From contig JBGQBO010000006.1 of the NCBI GenBank assembly GCA_041494885.1, positions 26,776 to 90,775 on the forward strand: a stretch of 64,000 bases of DNA. The letters run 5' to 3'. The notes beneath the pieces were generated by a model. That model saw only the letters and a program-made list of their open reading frames with translations, searched no databases and had not been told where the DNA came from. Shown here piece by piece: positions 58,566-64,000 of the stretch (its first letter is position 1; every line of letters starts with the position of its first letter). This DNA is from Terriglobia bacterium (GTDB lineage: Bacteria > Acidobacteriota > Terriglobia > JAIQFV01). A program made the position numbers and the translations under genes.

Positions 58566-58810
58566 TGTCACGACTCCTTGAGCATCGCCTCATGAAAACT
58601 CCTTAGAGATAGTCTCTGTCTTATGGATCGAGTTGAATCTGTTTCATCGGCGGGCCAGAATTCGCTCCCCTTCGGTTCTGTCAAGCCTTCTGAAAGCACT
58701 CGTCTTCGACTCACTGAAAGCCTGGCTGGCTCCTCTTGTCACGGAGGATCCGCCGGCCACCGATGAAGCAGGACGATCCGACTCAGAGGACATTTCTAAA
58801 GAGTGTTGAC
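58566..58810. mobile_element. MITE-like non-autonomous derivative (about 245 bp) of the ISNCY/IS1202-like IS: both termini match the IS inverted repeats, no transposase
   Basis: Left end tgtcacgactccttgagcatcgcctcat matches the reverse complement of the IS right end tgtcacgactctttgataatgtcctcat (about 22/28). Right end agaggacatttctaaagagtgttgac matches the reverse complement of IRL atgaggacatttctaaagagctttgac (22/25). No ORF inside. Confidence 0.65.
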
Positions 58811-58925
58811 ACTTGATGGTGCGAGAGTTGATTTTTTACCTCCCATCGCATACTATTACGAGAGTTTTGAAGTCGACCACACTCTTGAGCAGGGCAAAGA
58901 GAACCCAGGGATTGTTCCCAACATT

Positions 58926-60608
58926 ATGAGCAAGCCTCCGAATACGGTATCTTCAACGATGGAAGAAGCAAAGAAGCGCTGGGAAGAGACCACGCTCAAG
59001 CAGTCGCTCCAGAGGCTTCCCGAAGTGAATGGCCCCTTTACGACAGTGTCCATGCGCCCGGTGGATCGGTTATACACGCCGGCCGAGCTTCCGGATTTTG
59101 ACTTTGAGCGGGATGTGAGTTTTCCCGGTGAGGCGCCCTTCACCCGGGGTATTCACGCCACCGGCTACAGGGGAAAACCTTGGACGATGCGCCAGTTTGC
59201 CGGGTTCGGCACGCCCGAGCAAACCAACGAACGATTCAAATATCTCCTGCTCCACGGGCAAACCGGCCTCTCCGTGGCCTTCGACCTGCCGACGTTAATG
59301 GGCTACGATGCGGACCACTCCGTTAGCGAAGGAGAGGTCGGCAAGTGTGGTGTCTCCATCTCGTCCCTGGCCGATATGGAAACCCTTTTCGAAGGGATTC
59401 CTCTCGCCGATGTCACCACATCCATGACCATCAATGCGCCGGCTCACGTCATCTTCGCCATGTACCTGGCCGTCGCAAGGAAGCAGGGTGCGGACTGGAA
59501 GCGGATCTCCGGAACCATTCAAAACGACATTCTGAAGGAGTATATTGCCCAGAAGGAATGGATTTATCCGCCGCGACCTTCCATGCGCCTGATCACGGAC
59601 GGCTTCCAATTTTGCGCGAGGGAAGTGCCACGTTGGAACTCCATCTCCATCTCCGGCTATCATATCCGGGAAGCCGGAGCGACTGCCGCGCAGGAGTTGG
59701 CCTTCACCCTGAGGGATGGGATTGAATATGTCCAAGCGGGCATGGACGCCGGCATGGACGTCGACGACTTCGCTCCCCGTCTCTCTTTTTTCTTTAATGC
59801 CCACAATGACTTCTTTGAAGAAATTGCAAAGTTTCGCGCCGCTCGTAAGATATGGTATCGCACGATGAAGGAGCGATTTGGAGCCAGGGACCCGCGGTCC
59901 TTGCTCTTGCGCACCCATGCCCAGACGGCCGGGGTCAGCCTGACCGCCCAGCAGCCTTACAACAACGTGGTTCGAGTGGCCCTCCAGGCGTTGGCAGCTG
60001 TGCTTGGAGGGACTCAATCCCTGCACACCAACTCACTCGACGAGACCCTGGCACTGCCTTCGGAGCAAGCGGTTACAATCGCCCTGCGCACCCAACAGAT
60101 CATCGCCCATGAATCAGGGGTGGCTCATACCGTGGATCCCCTCGGGGGCTCTTATTATCTGGAGCGGTTGACGCTGGACATGGAGAAGGAATGCTATGAT
60201 TACTTTGAAAAGATCGATTCCATGGGCGGGATGATCGCGGCGATTGAGCGGGGCTTCCCCCAGCGCGAAATCCAGGAAAGCGCCTACCAGTTCCAAAAGG
60301 CCGTCGAGCGAAAAGAGAAAATCATCGTCGGGGTGAACGATTTCATGGCCGATAACGATCCGCCGATCGATGTGCTCTACATCGATCATACCGTCGCCGA
60401 CCGCCAGAGAGAGAAACTGGCACGAGTGCGGAAAGAGCGGGATCACACGGCGGTCGCGCGGACGCTACGTTCGTTACATCAGGCTGCCGAAGGCAACGAT
60501 AACCTGATGCCTCCGCTCGTCGATTGTGTGGAGGCTTACGCCACACTGGGGGAGATATGCGATGAGTTGAAGCCAGTCTTCGGCGTTTACGCAGAGCCGG
60601 CATTCTAG
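58926..60608 (+). CDS. Methylmalonyl-CoA mutase (acyl-CoA mutase) large catalytic subunit, N-terminal TIM-barrel domain only (split enzyme)
   Basis: Substrate-barrel motifs ([24 protein letters not shown]...; [34 protein letters not shown]). ORF opens at GTG 58803 inside the MITE terminus; ATG 58926 chosen. No B12-binding domain at the C-terminus. Confidence 0.8.
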   Translation: MSKPPNTVSSTMEEAKKRWEETTLKQSLQRLPEVNGPFTTVSMRPVDRLYTPAELPDFDFERDVSFPGEAPFTRGIHATGYRGKPWTMRQFAGFGTPEQTNERFKYLLLHGQTGLSVAFDLPTLMGYDADHSVSEGEVGKCGVSISSLADMETLFEGIPLADVTTSMTINAPAHVIFAMYLAVARKQGADWKRISGTIQNDILKEYIAQKEWIYPPRPSMRLITDGFQFCAREVPRWNSISISGYHIREAGATAAQELAFTLRDGIEYVQAGMDAGMDVDDFAPRLSFFFNAHNDFFEEIAKFRAARKIWYRTMKERFGARDPRSLLLRTHAQTAGVSLTAQQPYNNVVRVALQALAAVLGGTQSLHTNSLDETLALPSEQAVTIALRTQQIIAHESGVAHTVDPLGGSYYLERLTLDMEKECYDYFEKIDSMGGMIAAIERGFPQREIQESAYQFQKAVERKEKIIVGVNDFMADNDPPIDVLYIDHTVADRQREKLARVRKERDHTAVARTLRSLHQAAEGNDNLMPPLVDCVEAYATLGEICDELKPVFGVYAEPAF

Positions 60609-60782
60609 CGTGCGAGGGATTCTTTTTGTGTTCTTCTATAATTGATTCTTGATGAGAAGTGCTTTTCCGGATTACGACCGGGTGGCTTCGGGATTTCACT
60701 TCGACCGGGATCACCCGGGCGCTCTCCGGGCGGGTTTTAAAGGTCCTTGAATAAATCCAAAGATCCAGAGGGGGGCTTGACC

Positions 60783-61766
60783 ATGATTAAAAGATTGGGA
60801 GTGATTTTCACTCTCCTGATGTTTTTTGCAGTGACGGCGGCCAGTTTTGCGGCGCCTGCAGACGCCGTGACAAAGCGTCGCGTCGCGATCATGAACTTTG
60901 ACTTCGGCACCGTCCAGCGCTGGTGGTCCGGGGACTGGGATGTCGGCAAGGGCATCTCAGACATGCTCGTCACCAAGCTGGTCAAAGATGGAACCTATTC
61001 GGTCATCGAACGGAAGATGCTCGACCAGATCCTGGCAGAGCAGAATTTTTCAAATAGCGACCGCGCCAACCCGTTGACGGCCGCCAAGATTGGAAAGATC
61101 CTGGGGGTCAATGCCATCATCGTCGGGAGCATCACCCAGTTCGGGTTTGACGACAAAAGCTTCAAGCTGGGTGGCGGTGGAGGCAACTGGGGCGGATTCG
61201 GGCTCGGTGGACTCGGGAAGAAGAGCATGAAAGCCATGGTGGCTATTGATGCCCGGATGGTAGATACCAGCACTGCCGAGATCCTGGCCGTCGCCCAAGG
61301 GAGTGGTGAATCCAAGCGTGGTGGTTTCTCCATGGGTGGCGCCGGTGGCGGTCACGGTGGCTGGGGCGCCGGCGGAATCGACATGGGAAGCAGCAATTTT
61401 CAGGAAACCATCCTTGGGGAGGCCACCCGTGCTGCGGTGGATCAGGTCGCGGGAGAGATTATCAGCAATGCAGAAAAAATCTCCACGACGAAGATCGAAA
61501 TTAATGGGGTCATAGCCGATGTCGAAGGGCAGAACGCCATTTTGAACATCGGCAAAGACCAAGGGGTCAAGATGGGGGACACCTACAAGCTGGAACGCGT
61601 CACCCGCACGGTAAAAGACCCAGCGACGGGGAAGGTGTTGAAACAAGTCACGAGCCTGATCGGGACGATTAAAATCACCGAGGTGGATGCAAGCTCCTCA
61701 TCGGGCGTTGTAACCGGAGGCCCTGCCAAGGTGGGCGATGTCGTGAAGAGCGTCTCGTCCAATTGA
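60783..61766 (+). CDS. CsgG-family (curli-secretion-channel-like) exported protein with glycine-rich insertions
   Basis: Signal peptide then RRVAIMNFDF...DMLVTKLVKDGTYSVIERKMLDQILAEQ...KIGKILGVNAIIVGSITQF, which is CsgG-like. GGGGGNWGGFGLGGLG and GGAGGGHGGWGAGG loops. Strong SD (GAGGGGGG) before the ATG. Confidence 0.55.
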   Translation: MIKRLGVIFTLLMFFAVTAASFAAPADAVTKRRVAIMNFDFGTVQRWWSGDWDVGKGISDMLVTKLVKDGTYSVIERKMLDQILAEQNFSNSDRANPLTAAKIGKILGVNAIIVGSITQFGFDDKSFKLGGGGGNWGGFGLGGLGKKSMKAMVAIDARMVDTSTAEILAVAQGSGESKRGGFSMGGAGGGHGGWGAGGIDMGSSNFQETILGEATRAAVDQVAGEIISNAEKISTTKIEINGVIADVEGQNAILNIGKDQGVKMGDTYKLERVTRTVKDPATGKVLKQVTSLIGTIKITEVDASSSSGVVTGGPAKVGDVVKSVSSN

Positions 61767-61788
61767 TCCGAGTCATGGAGGTCAAGGA

Positions 61789-61828
61789 AAGGTTGGACAG
61801 GTCTCCTGCCTGGTCCAACCTTTTCTAT
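61789..61828 (+). terminator. Intrinsic terminator after the csgG-like gene (13-bp stem aaggttggacagg/cctggtccaacctt, then TTTTCTATT)
   Basis: Hairpin plus T-rich tail read directly. Confidence 0.6.
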
Positions 61829-61989
61829 TGCCCGGCCACTGCGGCTGACCTTTGGGTCAAGCAATCCTGAGGGAAAGAAATTCGGACGATGGAATAACAC
61901 GGGGCCAGAGGCGGGTTTCCCTTTTTTCAGAAAGGCCGCAACCCGCTCTGGGAATCCGGGCCAAAATCAATTCGTCGATGAGGGCAACC

Positions 61990-62403
61990 ATGGCCGTTAA
62001 GGAAAGGAAAATTCGCGTCCTGATCGCAAAACCCGGACTGGATGGCCACGACCGGGGAGCCAAGATTATAGCCCGGGCGTTGCGAGACGCGGGTATGGAG
62101 GTTATCTACACCGGTCTCCGGCAGACACCCGAACAGATCGTCAACGCGGCTTTGCAGGAGGACGTCGATGCCATCGGGTTGTCCATCCTGTCGGGCGCCC
62201 ACAATACCATCGTCCCCCGGGTCATGGATCTGCTCAAGGCAAACAAGCTGGATGATGTCCTTGTCGTGGTGGGTGGAATCATCCCGGAACAGGACGTGAA
62301 AGAAATGAAGTCTATAGGTGTCGCGGCGGTTTTCTTTCCAGGGACGACGACGGAAGACACGGTCAAATTTATTCAGGAGAACGTGAAAGCACGACAGATG
62401 TGA
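61990..62403 (+). CDS. Methylmalonyl-CoA mutase B12-binding subunit (C-terminal cobalamin-binding domain as separate protein)
   Basis: [44 protein letters not shown]...[12 protein letters not shown]: the DxHxxG...SxL...GG cobalamin-binding signature. Confidence 0.85.
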   Translation: MAVKERKIRVLIAKPGLDGHDRGAKIIARALRDAGMEVIYTGLRQTPEQIVNAALQEDVDAIGLSILSGAHNTIVPRVMDLLKANKLDDVLVVVGGIIPEQDVKEMKSIGVAAVFFPGTTTEDTVKFIQENVKARQM

Positions 62404-62596
62404 GCCTCTCAGAAGAATCCCGGCCGAGGGATCCCGGCGTTGATTGCTTGCAACCGATGAACCGGATGTCTCCTCTGCACGAACTACCCGATCAGCGCGA
62501 TATCGGTTCTCGGGAGGGATCTGTCACCTGCACTCCCAGGAATCCCGCAGAACAAGTTTCGACGCCACGACAGTCCATTGCAACCCTGAGGTAATT

Positions 62597-63952
62597 TTGA
62601 CCCGGAAAAAGATACCGCGGGCGCTCGTTTTTCTCACCGCCCTGTTCCTCCATATCAGCTTTGGGTTGTTCTCTACCGCCCAGGAAAGCCCTCTCACTTC
62701 GAAGCAAGAAACCGAAATTCTTGCACAAGCCGACTCCATCCTGAAAGAACTCACGACGATGCGCGGCCAAGCCCCGCCTCGACCCATCCACAGGGAGTTC
62801 AAATCCAAGGAACAACTGCGGGACCTGCTGTGGCGTTATAGCCAAGAAGAAAAGAACCAGAAAGCACTCCAAGCAGAACAGAAGACTCTTTTGAAGTTTG
62901 GGCTCATCCCCAAGGATTTTCCTTACGTCAAATTCGCCCTCGACCTCCTTACCGAACAGGTGGCGGGTTTTTATGACTTTCGATCTCACGAGCTGAATCT
63001 ACTCGATAGCACCCCGATGGAAATGCAAGTGCCCGTCCTCGCCCACGAGTTGACCCATGCGCTTCAAGACCAGCGATTCAATTTGAAGAAATTCACCGAG
63101 CCAATCCCGGGGAACGATGATCTGACCGAGGCACACCACGCCCTGATTGAAGGAGAGGCAACGGCGATGATGCTCGATTTCCTTTTGAAGCCGCTGGGGA
63201 GGAGCCTGAACACGCTGGGCTTTGATTTTCGCGAGATGATCGATCAAACCACCCAAATGGCCACCGCCAACACGAAAGTCTTCCAACAGGCTCCCCGGGC
63301 TATTCAGACCACCCTGACAGCGCCCTACCTTTATGGGACGAGCTTCTTTCAGTACTACCGGCGTCATAACGACTGGTCACGAGTGGGCGCGATCTACCAC
63401 GATCCACCGTCCTCAACCGAACAGTTGATGCATCCCGAAAAGTACTTCGACCGCCGGGATGATCCAATTCAGGTGACTCTGGCAGTGCCGAAACAGGAGT
63501 TCCTCAAGCGCTGGAAACTCGTGGATACTAACACCCTGGGGGAGCTCGGCACGTTGATCGTCCTCCAGCAGTTCCTGAGCGATGCCAATGCCCGCATTGC
63601 CAGTGAGGGCTGGGGGGGAGATCGATATCAGGTCTATGAAGATGACTCCGGCCGGCTCCTCCTGCTGCTCTTCACAACCTGGGACACGCAGGAGGACGCC
63701 CTCCAGTTCTACAATAGTTACCGCGTCGTGATCGATCAGAAGTACAAACGGTTGAAGGTGGTCACCGCTGAGGAGCGCAAGTTGCTTCGGTTGGACTCGG
63801 AAGCCGAACAGGTGGGGTTGGAGATTCGTGACCAAGACGTCATGGTAATCGAAGGGGCACCAGCCTCGGACTTTGAAGCCCTGCGGGCCCTCCTGTGGCA
63901 GTCAAAACGAGACCGAAGAGGACCCCCTGAAGTTACGAGCAGCATCCCATGA
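62597..63952 (+). CDS. Exported HExxH protein (putative zinc metallopeptidase, MA-clan-like), unknown function
   Basis: LAHELTHALQD HExxH with downstream EGEATAMM. TTG 62597 preceded by GAGG gives a clean signal peptide MTRKKIPRALVFLTALFLHISFGLFSTAQ. The ORF as opened (TTG 62444) would add 51 non-signal residues. Confidence 0.5.
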   Translation: MTRKKIPRALVFLTALFLHISFGLFSTAQESPLTSKQETEILAQADSILKELTTMRGQAPPRPIHREFKSKEQLRDLLWRYSQEEKNQKALQAEQKTLLKFGLIPKDFPYVKFALDLLTEQVAGFYDFRSHELNLLDSTPMEMQVPVLAHELTHALQDQRFNLKKFTEPIPGNDDLTEAHHALIEGEATAMMLDFLLKPLGRSLNTLGFDFREMIDQTTQMATANTKVFQQAPRAIQTTLTAPYLYGTSFFQYYRRHNDWSRVGAIYHDPPSSTEQLMHPEKYFDRRDDPIQVTLAVPKQEFLKRWKLVDTNTLGELGTLIVLQQFLSDANARIASEGWGGDRYQVYEDDSGRLLLLLFTTWDTQEDALQFYNSYRVVIDQKYKRLKVVTAEERKLLRLDSEAEQVGLEIRDQDVMVIEGAPASDFEALRALLWQSKRDRRGPPEVTSSIP

Positions 63953-64000
63953 CCCACGAGACACGAACCAGGATCGTTACCGTGTTCGGAAGCCGGTCTC

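Noticed and set aside
58803-58925. Upstream extension of the mutase ORF from GTG 58803
   Set aside because: The first codons lie inside the terminal inverted repeat of the MITE-like element. An internal ATG at 58926 gives a more plausible N-terminus, so the extension is probably a by-product of the insertion.
1-64000. CRISPR arrays, rRNA or tRNA genes
   Set aside because: No regularly spaced direct repeats. No rRNA-like or cloverleaf-compatible sequences seen in intergenic regions.

Overview
This 64-kb window is a G+C-rich bacterial chromosomal segment, roughly 58-62 % G+C by eye, with high gene density. The gene content (BNR and YVTN repeat exported proteins, lptE, csgG-like) is Gram-negative, possibly Acidobacteria-like, but I cannot verify the taxon. 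Most of it is core metabolism. From the left edge: a nucleoside-salvage cluster (purine nucleoside phosphorylase, nupC-type transporter, thymidine phosphorylase), followed by an arginine-biosynthesis cluster (argR, argC, argB, argD, argG, argH, a short argA-like GNAT, argJ). That cluster carries an unexpected secreted BNR-repeat protein gene, and argC is interrupted by an in-frame TGA. Then come nudF, uvrA, tsaC and a DUF218 gene. Next is a complete ISNCY/IS1202-like insertion sequence with 27-bp terminal inverted repeats and a 17-bp target duplication, sitting between tsaC and a large Thr/Ala-rich surface protein gene. After that: nnr, tsaE, an M16-like non-catalytic protein, DAHP synthase and a YVTN beta-propeller lipoprotein. 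A visibly lower-G+C patch at 33.1-35.9 kb holds an orphan ORF, a 25-bp inverted-repeat element and a frameshifted, truncated RHS/YD-repeat remnant. The rest is plsC, an M61 peptidase, mpl, ldcA, an EamA transporter, an alpha/beta hydrolase, an EEP-family protein, thrC, panE, lptE, leuS and nfo. The window ends with a split methylmalonyl-CoA mutase (large and B12-binding subunits) separated by a csgG-like gene, and an HExxH exported protein. Between nfo and the mutase there is also a roughly 245-bp MITE-like derivative whose termini match the full IS. No CRISPR array, tRNA or rRNA was found. No convincing novel defence or toxin system is present. The most unusual content is the mobile-element activity (IS plus cognate MITE, each upstream of genes), the decayed RHS locus, and the interrupted argC.
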